This document shows positions 12,527 to 26,100 of a stretch of 64,000 nucleotides of DNA, piece by piece. Every line of letters begins with the position of its first letter. The first letter of the stretch is position 1. The translations under genes were made by a program, and so were the position numbers. The notes under the pieces are model-generated. The model worked only from the letters and a program-made list of their open reading frames with translations, did no database searches and had not been told where the DNA came from. The stretch comes from Octopus sinensis (taxonomy: Eukaryota): positions 40,238,001 through 40,302,000 of the forward strand of contig NC_043015.1 of NCBI RefSeq assembly GCF_006345805.1, given 5' to 3'.

Positions 12527-14266
12527 AGGTGAATCTCAGTAACCTTTTGGTGAGTACAGTTTGTGACAGACTATGCCTTTCTTTTGCTGGGCTCAAATCT
12601 CATTTAAGGACTCATGAAAAACGAACCCCCACCAACTATTCTGCCTATATATCCATGCACACCTTTCAATGCCATGTATGCCATAAGGTCTGCAAATCTA
12701 ATGGAGGCTTCAAAAGACATTTCAAGATTCACAAAGATCAGAACTTAAGTGCAGGCCTTGGTGGTACTTTGGTCAGCCTATGAACTTTTTAGCTGATCCT
12801 TGTAGTAGCCCTTTGTTAACTCTATACAATGCAGTTGCTTTTAATCTTTTTATATGACAGTTATAGAACTGTCATATAAAATGGTGACGTACAGTAAAAG
12901 AGGGAATACAAAGGAGTGACAGAGAGAGAGAGGAGAAATGGAAAGAAAGGGAGAGATGTAAACAAGAGACTATGGCACTACAACCAGCCAGGAACAGTCT
13001 TCACTACATTTGCGGTACCTGCCAGAGGGAGTGTTTGTCCAGGATAGGACTACACAGCAGGAAATGTATCAGGACATGAAATATAAAATCCGGACTAGAC
13101 TAAAAAAAAAATAATTAAAAAAAAAAAAAAATGCGCAACTCCATTGTCTCCCGAGACAGAAAGGATGCCAATACAATACAATAGAACTGTAGTGTGACCC
13201 TATAGTAACCTATCACTAACCCTCTGCCATACTATGACTGAACCCTTTAATATGAAACACACACACACACACCATACATTCACCTTACACTCGCCTCACC
13301 CCACCCTATACACACCTTCTCGCTCTAAAATTCTATATTTTCTCTGTTTCCAGTTATGCCTTGTGGTTGGCGCTGTTGTTGGTGTCATTGTTTACCGTAT
13401 TGTCATAATTGCGGTGTTTGCCAAGCAAGAACACATCAAGGAACAAGCCTCCATCGTCACATCTGTGTCGGCATCGTTAATTAACTTGGTCGTCATTCTT
13501 CTTCTGAATATGGTAAGTCTGTCTTTCACAAATTCTGCTGTTGCTGTTGTTATTAATAAAGGTGGCAAGGTAAAGGTCCATGGCTCAGTGGTTAGAGCAT
13601 TGGGCTCACAATCATGAGGTGGTGAGTTCGATTCCCAGACTGGGATGTTGTGTTGTGTTCTTAAGCAAGACACTTTATTTTTCATGTTGCTCCAGTTCAC
13701 TCATCAGTAGTAATGAGTTGTGATGTCACTGGTGCCAAGCTGTATCGGCCCCTTTGTCCTTCCCTTGGAAAACACTGGTGGCGTGGAGAGTGGGGTTTGG
13801 TATGCATGGGCGACTGCTGGCCCTCCATAAACAACCTTGCCTGGACTTGTGCCTCAGAGGGTAACTTTCTAGGTGCAACCCCCTGGTCATTCATGACTGA
13901 AGGGGGTTTTTACCCATTACTCCATGTACATATAATGGCATGGATAAAGGGAGCTGGTATGCATGGGTGACTGCTGGTCTTCCATAAACAACCTTGCCCA
14001 GACTTGTGCCTCAGAGGGTAACTTTCTAGGTGCAACCCCCTAGTCATTCATGGCCGAAGGGGGTCTTTGCCCTTTACTCTTTTTAAAGAAGGTGGTGAAC
14101 TGGCAGAATCCTTAGCACAGCAGACTAAATGCTTAGCAGCATTTCTTTCATCTTTATGTTCTGAGTTCAAATTCTGCTGGGGTCAACTTTACTTTTCATC
14201 CCTTCAGGGGTCATTGAAATACCAGTCAAATACTGGGGTTGATGCAACTGACTAGTCCCCGCCCCC

Positions 14267-14297
<31 letters not shown>

Positions 14298-17200
14298 GTA
14301 TATATATACATATATATGAAGGGCTTCTTTCAGTTTTCGTCTACCAAATCCACTCACAAGGCTTTGGTCAGCCTGAGGCTATAGTAGAAGATACTTGCCC
14401 AAGATGCCATGCAGTGGGACTGAACCCGGAACCATGTGGTTGGTAAACAAGCTACTTACCACACAGCCACTCCTGTTTTTCACAAATCTTCACGTTTTGA
14501 GTTCAAACGCTGCAAAGGTCAAATCTACTTTCAGGGGTTGATGGAAAATGTACCAGTCAAAGCCTGTAGATAAATAAAATCATTCGAAAAAAAGACATTT
14601 GATAAAAACCCTTGTGATGTTTGTTCAGTTTCTTTATGTTCTGGGTTGTCCTGTGAGGACACTGGTACCAACCCATACCAGCCTTTGTCTTTCCCTTGAC
14701 CAATATTGGTGCCAAAGATTAACTGCACAGACATCTGCTGATTCTCTATAATATTTTTCCCTTACCATTTCCCATATTCCAAAAACAAAAATATCAGTGT
14801 TGTTTTTTGGGGGGTTTTGGGGGGTTTTTTGGGGGGGTGGGGGTCTCTGGTGCCATATTTCAAGAAATGATGCCAAACTTTCACAGACATTCAATCAATA
14901 AATATTTGGCGCTTTATATCAGTCGGACATTTTGTTCTGCCAAAATATGAAATATTGCCAGTGAGTGACATTGGCTAATTGGGGGAAATGGCTGCAGTCC
15001 AATGATTGAAACATGCAAAAGAATAAAATAACATACACGCACACACACACCTATATGCACACATGTATGTATACACACACGACTACCACCACCACTGTCA
15101 TGCTACACACAGCCTTCTACACCACCACTAGCAACTATGTCACAACCACCATCATCCCACACCACCACCATGCACACACACACTTATACACACACCACAC
15201 CAACACACTGCACTACCCCTACTACCATCCATCCATCACACACAAACACCACTACTATCACACATACATGCACAATCTCTCCTACTACCACACACACACC
15301 TACCACTACCATCCATCACACACACACACCACTACTGCCACCATCACCACCATCGGACCACCACAACTTGTACCATCCCCCACCAGCACCACATGCCACC
15401 ACTACTGCTGTCATCTACCACACACACACACACACATACATACATACACACCACCACCACTACTGTCCAGCACATGTACTCATACACACACAGATGCACA
15501 CACACACATACACCACTACCACCACCACCACCACCACCATCACCATCACATGCCACCACTACTGCTATCATATACCACACATACACACACACACCACCAC
15601 TACCATCCATCACATGCACACACACACACATACCACTACCACCACCACCACCACATGCCACCACCACTGCTATCATATACCACACATACACACACACACC
15701 ACCACTACCATCCATCACATGCACACACACACACATACCACTACCACCACCACCACCACATGCCACCACCACTGCTATCATATACCACACATACACACAC
15801 ACACACACACACACCACTACCACCACCACTGCTATCATACACACACACACACACACACCACCACCACCACCACCACCCATAAATCCTTTCTCTATTAACT
15901 GTTTTCTTTTTTGTGAAATTTCTCATTTCAGCTTTACACCAAACTCGCTTACTGTTTAACTGAACTAGGTAAGATCTTTATCTCTGTTTCATTGCGGCAC
16001 GGGTGATGGTGCATGCCCATAGCCTATGTAGTGTGGGACGTTCGTTTTAGAAGGGGGACAATGGATGAGGACGAGGCTCAAATTTGGAAATATTCGAAAT
16101 CAAGGAAGAATATTTGGCAGGGAAGACATGTTTGAGAGGACCATCACTGCTTGGAATGGTTTTGTTTTTTATAAAAACATTTATTGATGTTGTTATTGTT
16201 TGCAGAACCAGTAGAGCGCCCAATAAAATGTCCTTGCATTTAGTTACATTGTTTCATGTTCTCAGTTCATCTTTCTGAAGTGGTAGATCAAATAAAGGAC
16301 CAGTCAAGTACTGCAGTTCATATAATCACCTGATCTCCTAAAATTTGTAGTTTTGTGCCTATCTTAAAAAGTATTATTATTATTATTATCATTATTATTG
16401 AGAGAGAGAGCAGTGCATGCCATCAAAATATACGAAGCCCAGTATATCCATCATGACTACCCATCTGATAAGGGTACACCAAGCTCATGCATCACAACCA
16501 TATGTGCGTGACATGGTGATCTCATATCAAGATAAACAGCACATGACCTTGCAGGTGGGGCCCAGTTAGAATTTTCTTCTGGTCGAGTAACCCATCCCAC
16601 TCAAAAGGTCCCTGAATAAGATGTGTTTAAGGATGTTGAATGAAACACCCATGTTACCAAAGGTGAATTATCCAAACCTCAAAGAATCCCTCTCAACACA
16701 TGGCTATGATGCTCCCCAACTACTTCTGCTCGTGATCAGAGATGTACATATCGTCAGCCACTAAGGGACATGCTCAACTGGTTAAGGTCAAACAACTGAC
16801 AAGCAAATCTGTGGTATTGAGCAGAATATTTGCTGTAGCCCATCTTTTATACCAAGACAAAACAATGTACATGATAACACTTCCAATCAGTTAAGATCAG
16901 AAGCCATGAGAGCCACTGCCTGGTACTGCATCAGGGCATTTATCATTATTATTATTATCATTATTAAAGGCAGCGAGCTGGTAGAATTGTTAGCACACTG
17001 GGCAAAATACTTGGCAGTATTTCATCTGTCACTTCTTTCTGAGTTCAAATTCTGCCAAGGTCGTCTTTGCCTTTCATCCTCTTGGGGGTCAATAAATCAA
17101 GTACCAGTTAATTAATGGTGTCAATGTGATCGACTGCCCCCCTCCCCCTCAAAAACCAGGCCTTGTGCTTAAAGTAGAATAGATTATTATCATTATTATT

Positions 17201-17321
17201 ATTACTACTATTATTATTATGTTTTTTCCTTCTTTCTTCAAATCTTCTTCCATTTCTCACCGGGTGTTTTCCATACACCTAGGGCAGAGAAGCTCATTGC
17301 ATGCATTCCCAGATTATACGC

Positions 17322-17370
<49 letters not shown>

Positions 17371-18506
17371 GTTTCAGAGAAGCACAGGACTCAGACAGAA
17401 TGGGAAGATGGATTCACCCTTAAAATGTTCCTTTTCCAATTTGTTAACTATTATTCTTCCATATTCTACATCGCATTTTTTAAAGGAAGGTAAGTGTCTG
17501 TGTGTCCCCTTCTCTCTGTCCGCATTGTAGTGTCCATACTTTTCCAAAGATATTAATTCAAGAACAGTTTCTTTTTTTTTTTTTCAAAATTTGGTTCAAT
17601 ACAAACGTTTCCAAGTATTACTTCAATTAACCCCAGTATATAACTGGTAATAAAACTTCCCTGATTCTCCAGTTGCATTTGAGTCTATCAAGTAACTACG
17701 TCAGGTTTCTTTATTGAGATGGGTTGGATAGGTTTGTCATAGTGTAAGTAGGGTTGTTTGTTTGAATTTATTTTCCTGCTAAATATTTATGGATTGGAAA
17801 TCAATAAAACCTGAAACAAATGGAATTTCAGCTTCACAAGACATATTCTCTTCCTTAACCCTGTATTGAGTTCTTCGTGTCTGAACTGTTTGCATTGCTG
17901 TAGTACTTCCTTTATATATATATTATATATTATAAGGCACACGTGTGGATGTGTGGTAAGTGGTTTGCTTAACAACCACATGGTTCTGGGTTCAGTCTCA
18001 CTGCATGGCATCTTGGGCAAGTGTCTTCTACTGTAGCCTCAGGCCAATCAAAGCCTTGTGAGTGAACTTGGTAGAAGGAAACTGAAAGAAGCCCATCGTG
18101 TATGTGTGTGTATATATATATGTATGTATGTATATGTATGTATGTATATGTATGTATGTATGTATATGTATGTATGTATATGTATGTATGTATGTATATG
18201 TATGTATGTATATGTATGTATGTATGTATATGTATGTATGTATGTATATGTATGTATGTATGTATATATATGTATGTATGTATATGTATGTATGTATGTA
18301 TATGTATGTATATATATGTATGTATGTATATGTATGTATGTATATGTATGTATATGTATGTATGTATATGTATGTATGTATGTATATGTATGTATGTATA
18401 TGTATGTATGTATATATATGTATGTATATGTATGCATGTATGTATGTATATGTATGTATGTATATATATGTATGTATGTATATGTATGTATATGTATGTA
18501 TGTATG

Positions 18507-18548
<42 letters not shown>

Positions 18549-18717
18549 GGTATGTATGTATGTATGTATGTATATATATGTATGTATATGTATGTATGTA
18601 TATGTATGTATGTATATGTATGTATGTATATATATGTATGTATATGTATGTATGTATGTATGTAGTATGTATGTATGTATGTATGTGTGTGTGCATGTAT
18701 ATGTATGTATGTATATG

Positions 18718-18756
<39 letters not shown>

Positions 18757-18845
18757 GTATATATATGTATGTATGTATATGTATGTATGTATATGTATGT
18801 ATGTATATGTATGTATGTATATGTATGTATGTATATATATGTATG

Positions 18846-18877
<32 letters not shown>

Positions 18878-19454
18878 TGTGTGTGTGTGCATGTTTGTGT
18901 GTCTGTGTTTGTGTCCCCACTCCCCCAACATCACTTGACAACTGATGTTGGTGTGTTTACGTCCTAGTAACTTAGCGGTTTGGCAAAGAAACCGATGGAA
19001 TAAGTTCTAGGCTGACACACACACACTCTCTCTCTCACACACACACACACACAACACACACCACACACACACACATGTCTTTGAGCCCATCAGATCCTGT
19101 GAAACCATCCAACCCTTGCCAGCTTGAAACATTGTTATTAAATGGTGAAAATTTTTATATATGATGTGTGAATGTGTGTGTGTGTGTGTGTAATCTTGTA
19201 ATTTTACTCCCCCTCTCACTCACCCCTCTCTCCAAGTGTCTCTGTTTGAATTTTGCATTTCTCAACCAATATTCCTCCAATATATTCACTGACGCCATTT
19301 ACCGTTTTTTACAGAATCGTTGGGTCACCAAACAACTACATCTATCTTAACAATGAAAGGCTCGAAGAGGTAAGCATGAAACAATTTGCTGGGTTTACTG
19401 AACTGGCCAGGGGCACGGTAAAACCGCATCTTTCCGTTCAGGCTGTTAATAACT

Positions 19455-19497
<43 letters not shown>

Positions 19498-21436
19498 CAG
19501 ACATAAACATGTTTCCTTTCTCTCTCTCACACTCATTCATCATCATCATCATCGTTTAACGTCCATTTTCTGTGCTAGCACGGGTTGGACAGTTTGAGCA
19601 GGGTTTGGGAAGCCAGGAGGCTGCACCAGGCTCCAGTCTGACCTGGCAGTGTTTCTACAGTTGGATGCCCTTCCTAACGCCAACCACTCCATGAGTGTAG
19701 TGGGTGGTTTTTACGTGCCACCAGCACAGGTGCCAAGGGAGTCTGGCAGTGGCCACGTTCGGATGGTGCTTTTTACGTGCCTTTGAGTGTATGTTTGTCC
19801 CCCTACCATCGCTTGACAACTAATGTGGTGTATTTACATCCCCATAACATAGTGGTTCGGCAAAAGACACTGATAGAATAAGTACTAGGCTTATAAAGAA
19901 TAAGTCCTGGGATCAATTTGTTTGACCAAAGGCAGTGCTCCAGCATGGCCACAGTCAAATGACTAAAACAAGTAAAAGAATACAAGAGCAAAGGAACAAC
20001 CATTTACATGTCTAAAACTAAATATATTCTTGGAGGAAATTGAAGGAACCAATTCAATCTTCTGATCGGCCCTGTCATCTGTTAAGGGTCGATTTAGGGG
20101 CCCTGCACCAAAGAAAAGTAAAACAAGTCATTTAAAGAAAAATTTACCATATTTTTAGAAAGAAGACCATAAGGGGCAGCTAAAAGATTCTTGAAGGTCA
20201 CATGCGGCCCTGGGGGCCATGGTTGAGAACAGCTGTTGTAGACCCTAAAACCCTCTTTATGCAAAGCTATAAATATATTTTATGAAAGAAAAGGGCCAGA
20301 ACTAATTTACATGTTGTAATGTAATTAATATTTCACTATCTCGACAGAGTATAATTATGGAAGAGATTTTAATTAAAAAACATTAACGAAGAATGGGGGT
20401 GGGGTAGGAGGGAGGAGAAAAAGGGTGCCAATTAATCTCTCCAAGATGCTGTCTGTGAAGCAGCAGGAAATGGTAAACAAGGATGGTTCCTAAGAAAGTC
20501 GATGATAAATATGGTGAATCATTCAGGAAGAAATCTGATATTTGGAATATAAAGAATCAAAGACTCCTGAGAATTCTGCATTTATTTATTTATTTATTTA
20601 ATTATTTGTTTCTTCTTGGATTCTAAAATTAGCAAAATATTTTGGTGGAATATTTAAAGCTTAAGATATTACAGGGAAGGAAACATATGCATACACACAC
20701 ATACACATACATGTGTGTATTTATATATAGATGTGTGTGTGTGTGTGTGTGTGTGTGTGTTGTATACACACACACACATATATATAGGCACAAGGGTTGC
20801 TGTGTGGTAAGAAGCTTGCTTCCGAACCACATGGTTCCGGGTTCAGTCCCACTGCGTGGCACCTTGGGCAAACACTGAAACCGAAAGAGGCCCATCGTAT
20901 ATATGCATATACTTAACCGTATATATATACTTAACCGTATATATATATATATATATATAAATATAAATATACGCATATATATGTATGTGTATAACATATA
21001 TATGCGTATATACATATATGTTTGTACCCACCATCGCTTGACAACAGACGTTGCTGTGTTTACATCCCCGTAACTTAGCAGTTTGGTAAAAGAGACTGAT
21101 AGAATAAGCACCAGGCTTACAAGGACTAAGTCCAGGGGTCTATTTGTTCGCCTAAAGGCAGTGCTCCAGCATGGCCACAGTCAAATGACTGAAGCAAATA
21201 AAATAATAAAAAAAATATATCTATCTCTCTATCCGCTCAGTTGAAGTCGACTCTCGGTCACTCGTTGGATCAGTGTCCTCCAGTCAGTTCTATCCTGGGT
21301 CACTTCTTTCAGATTGGCTATGTGCATTCCGGTATCACTCTTGATGGTGGCAAGCCAGCAGGTTCTTGGTTAGCCTCTTCCTCTCTTGCCTCTGACCATT
21401 CCGAGCATGATGTCCTTCTCCAGGGATTTTCTCCGC

Positions 21437-21488
<52 letters not shown>

Positions 21489-23040
21489 TGCATTATACAC
21501 ACCTCACATTTTAAACCCCAATACAAAACAGGAAAAAGGAACCAACACCACCCACCCACCCATTTTCTACATACATTACATATTTTTTCCTTTTTATCAA
21601 ACCCATCTTCCTGAGCTTTATCTTATTTTACAGTGCTATATTCTATTCACTCTAACTTACCCTATTTTAATTTCCTCTATCCTATTTTTACAATTCTAAA
21701 TCCTATTTTACTACACAATATACCATTTTCTCCCCACGATATTCAACTTCCTTCTGTGCTATCCTACTTTAGTGCCTAATATTTTATTTTACAATAGAAT
21801 ATCCTTATAAGATATCCTGTAGTTTATTCTCAGCTCTTGCGTGGTGATATTCTACAATAAATCATTATTTCCGACACTCCCTATTCTTCCCCAGTAACCT
21901 AAATATATTACTCTGACCTCCAATGATGGTGATGAAACCAAATTTAATTAGTATGCACCAATAATTTAAATAATTACTAATTACTTACAATTTGTAGTCA
22001 CAAGACGATGACGATCCTCTATGTGGTCACTTCATATGCTAGAAATAGCAGACAAACCTCTCTCACATCACACTCTATTCACTAGCGTAGCTACAGTGGG
22101 GCGGTAGGGGTGGTCTGCCTTAGGGGACACTTTTGGGTCTGCTGTAGGCAATATGTTTTTTGTGGGGTCTGGGGACAACAAACGGCAGGGCCACCCCGGA
22201 CGGCACACACTCTGGCTACACTAGTGATTCTACCTTCTTAAGAAGACCGACACACCAACAATAAGATAGTTTTAGGTGAGCGAGCTGGCAGAAATGTAAG
22301 CACGCCGGGTGAAATGCTTAGCTGTATTTCGTCTGCCGCTACGTTCTGAGTTCAAATTACGCCGAGGTCGACTTTGCCTTTCATCCTTTCGGAGGCGATT
22401 AAATTAGTACCAGTTATGCACTGGGGGGTGATGTAATCGACTTAATACCTTTGTCTGTCCTTGTTTGTCCTCTCTGTGTTTAGCCCCTTGTGGGTAGTAA
22501 AGAAATAGGTATTTCGTCTACCACTACGTTCTAGGTTCAAATTCCGCCGAGGTCGACTTTGCCTTTCATCCTTTCAGAGTCGATTAAATACGTACCAGTT
22601 ACGCACTGGTGTCGATATAATCGACTTAATCCGTTTGTCTGTCCTTGTTTGTCCCCTCTGTGTGTATCTCCTTGTGGGCAGTAAAGAAATAAGGTAGTTT
22701 TAGATACACAATACCTGAGACAAGGACAAGATGGTCATCTTTGGAATGTCTCTGGCTATAGGTTTTCTCCACAGGAGTCAACCTGTGGTTAAATAACCAC
22801 AACCTACTGTCTCTTCCCCTCCTCTTCTCCTCTCCCTGCTGCTTTAAACTTATTCCTCTTCAATCAGCTGTGTATATGCCCACCACCTTAATTATACGCA
22901 CACAGCTTAATGACCTGGGTATTCCTCTTTAATTATTAATTCGTGTCTTTAATTATATTCCACTTTGTTTGCAGTTTGGTAATTGTATATCATAAAATGT
23001 TATTGCTGTGTTGTTGCTACGCTCGACTTCAAACATAATG

Positions 23041-23084
<44 letters not shown>

Positions 23085-23140
23085 ACACACACACACATAA
23101 ATGCTGGCATAAACACACGCATATACATGGATGCAAACAG

Positions 23141-23178
<38 letters not shown>

Positions 23179-26100
23179 ATAATCACACACAAAAACAAGG
23201 ATACAAACAGATACACACATACACACACATACACACACACAGACACACACACAGACACACACACAGAATCACACACACACACACATTCAGATACACACAG
23301 ATACACTCACACATTCACACACACACACACACACTCTCTCTCTCTCTCCTCCCTTTCTCTCCCTCAATACATTCATTCTCTTTCTCCCTCTCCCTCTGTC
23401 TCTCAATACACTCAGTCTCTCTCTTTCTCCCTTTCTCTCTCTCACCCTCTCCCTCAATACACTCATTCCCCTTCAATTTTCTCTCTCCCTCTCATTCTCT
23501 CTGTCTCTCATTTCCCCTCTCTCTTTTTCTGTCATTCCCTTCTCTTTTTCCCTCTCATTCCCTTTCATTCTGTCTTTCTCTCTCTCCCTCAACACACTCA
23601 TTACCTCTTTCTTTCTCTCTCTCTCTCTCCTCACTCTCTCTTCAATTTTCTCTCTCCTCTCGTCCTCTCTGTCTCTCATTTCCCCTCTCTCTTTTTCTGT
23701 CATTCCTCCTCTTTTTCCTCATCATTCCCTTTCATTCTGTCTTTCTCTCTCTCTCCCTCACAACACTCATTACCTCTTTCTTTCTCTCTCTCTCTCTCCC
23801 TCAATTCTCCTTCATTTTCTCTCTCCCTCTCGTTCTCTCTGTCTCTCATTCCCTCTCTCTTTTCTGTCATTCCTTCTCTTTTTCCCTCTCATTCCCTTTC
23901 ATTCTGTCTTTCTCTCTCTCCCTCAACACACTCATTACCTCTTTCTTTCTCTCTCTCTCTCTCCCTCAATTCTCCTTCAATTTTCTCTCTCCCTCTCGTT
24001 CTCTCTGTCTCTCATTTCTCCTCTCTCTTTTTCCCCTCTCATTCCCTCTCATTCCCTCTCTCTAATTTCCCCTCTCTTTTTCTCTCCCATTTCCTTCTCT
24101 CTTTCCCTCTCTCTCTCATTCCCTCTCGTTCTCTCTCTCTCTCTCTCTCCCTCAACACACTCATTACCTCTTTCTTTCTCTCTCTCTCTCTTCCTCCCAG
24201 TGCAATCCATCTGGCTGTCTTGTTGAGTTATGTATTCAACTAGGAGTGGTCATGGTAGGAAAACAAGCTTTCAACAATTTCGTGGAACTGCTTTTGCCGT
24301 GAGTATCATCATCATCCTCATCTCTCTTCTTCTGGGTTTGACATCTGTTAGGAGTGGGGTGGGTGTGGGGATTTACAGATGGACTCTGAGATAGGAGTGG
24401 TGGTCAGTAACAGGTGCGGGGGTGTGGTAAGAAGTTTGCTTCCAAACCACATGGTTCTGGGTTCTGTCCCACTGCATGGCACCTTGGGCAAGAGTCTCCT
24501 ATCATAGCTGACCAAAGCCTTCAGAGTAGATTTGATATATGGAAACTGAAAGGAAGCCTGTCATATATATATATCTGTGTGTGTCTGTGCTTGTCTCCCA
24601 CTTCTGTTCGTTTGATTATGTCCCCATAACTTAGCAGTTTGGCAAAAGAGACGAATACAATAAGTACCAGGTGTAAAAAACGTACTGGAGGGGTGGTCAT
24701 TTCATTAGACTAAAAGTGCTTTAAGGTGATGCCCCAGTATGGCCACAGTCTAATGAGTGAAACATGCAAAAGCCAAAAAGCAAATAACCCATTAAATATT
24801 AATTAAAATTAATTAATATGGAATAAATTGGTGTATGGGGGGACATAGGTTTGATCGTCAGCAATGGTGGGATAACTCCAGACAGGTTTTCACCTTATGC
24901 GACCTCCTCAGTAAAGTTATAGTTAAACCATTATGACAAGATCTTTGAGTAAGAGGAGGAAGAATATACAAGAATTTGTGACCGAACTCTGAGTATCATG
25001 GTTAACTCTCTTACTGGTGTCAGTCATTTAATTGTGGCCATGCTGGGGCACTTCTTGAAAGAATTACTCAGTCGAATCTACCGCTGAGCTTATTTGTTTT
25101 TCAGTCTGGTATCTTATCAGTCTTTTTGTTGAACAGCTATGTTATGGGGGACATAAACAAACAAACACCGGTTGTCAAGTGATATTGTGCAAAGAAAAGA
25201 ACGCACACACACACACGCATGCACAATGGGTTTTGTGGCCTGTGAGGCTGACCACTGGTCAACCCAAGTTGATGCAGAAGAGATTTTCCAGAGGTGGTCA
25301 CATATTGTCATGGAACATACAGCCATGGGCTTTCAAAATAGACTTCGTAACTACTCAGCCATGCTTACTCTTGTGACCTAATAAAATCTAATTAATAATT
25401 AGCTGCCTACCTACACCTGCTGCATGAGAAATTAACAGTAAAATAGACGCCAGCAAACAGTTAGAAGCCAATGAATTCGAGTCCAAATTCCTCCATCAAC
25501 GAATCATTTTCTAAATTAAAACAAAAGTAGCAGGGGAGATAACCTTGTAATTGTATGTCATGAAAAATTGAATCTGGAATCCAAGCAGAGCTGAGTCCAG
25601 AATTTACATTTACTTTTCTCCCCACTTTATCACCGCCCCCACCACTTTTTTTTTTAATTTTGAACAGTTTTATTACCCTTATTATTATTATATTATTATT
25701 ATTTATGGGTTTTTCTTCTTCTTTCAAATTTGCTTCCATTTCTTGCCGAGTGTCTTCCCGACTCCTAGGGCAAAGAAACTCATAGTATACATTGGTAGGC
25801 CGTTAAATTAAACTCACTAGTTCGTTCATTTTTTTTTTTTGTGATAGAAATAAAGTTAAATTAAAATACATGAGCAGCAACAGTTCTCACATCGACAATG
25901 CTCTTTTCAATACGTGTGATGTACCAGTTAAGACAATCTTTTGCACTTCTTGCAGGGATGGTAAGCCAGGGATCAGTCTCATATAATTTTCGGTTCCCTT
26001 CTTGATCATTCCTAGTGCTCCTACGATCACTGGTATTGTAACCGCCTTGAGATGCCACATTTTCTCAATTTCAATGAGTAGGTCTTTATATTTTCTGAGC

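Noticed and set aside
14634-14894. Minus-strand ORF with a donor-like ATG/GTAAGG, first considered as the missing exon 10
   Set aside because: Wrong strand; the true exon is at 15932-15968.
16800-16940. Possible HDV-like ribozyme at the end of the 540-bp element
   Set aside because: P2/P3-like pieces can be drawn but no P1 or P4; not supportable by eye.
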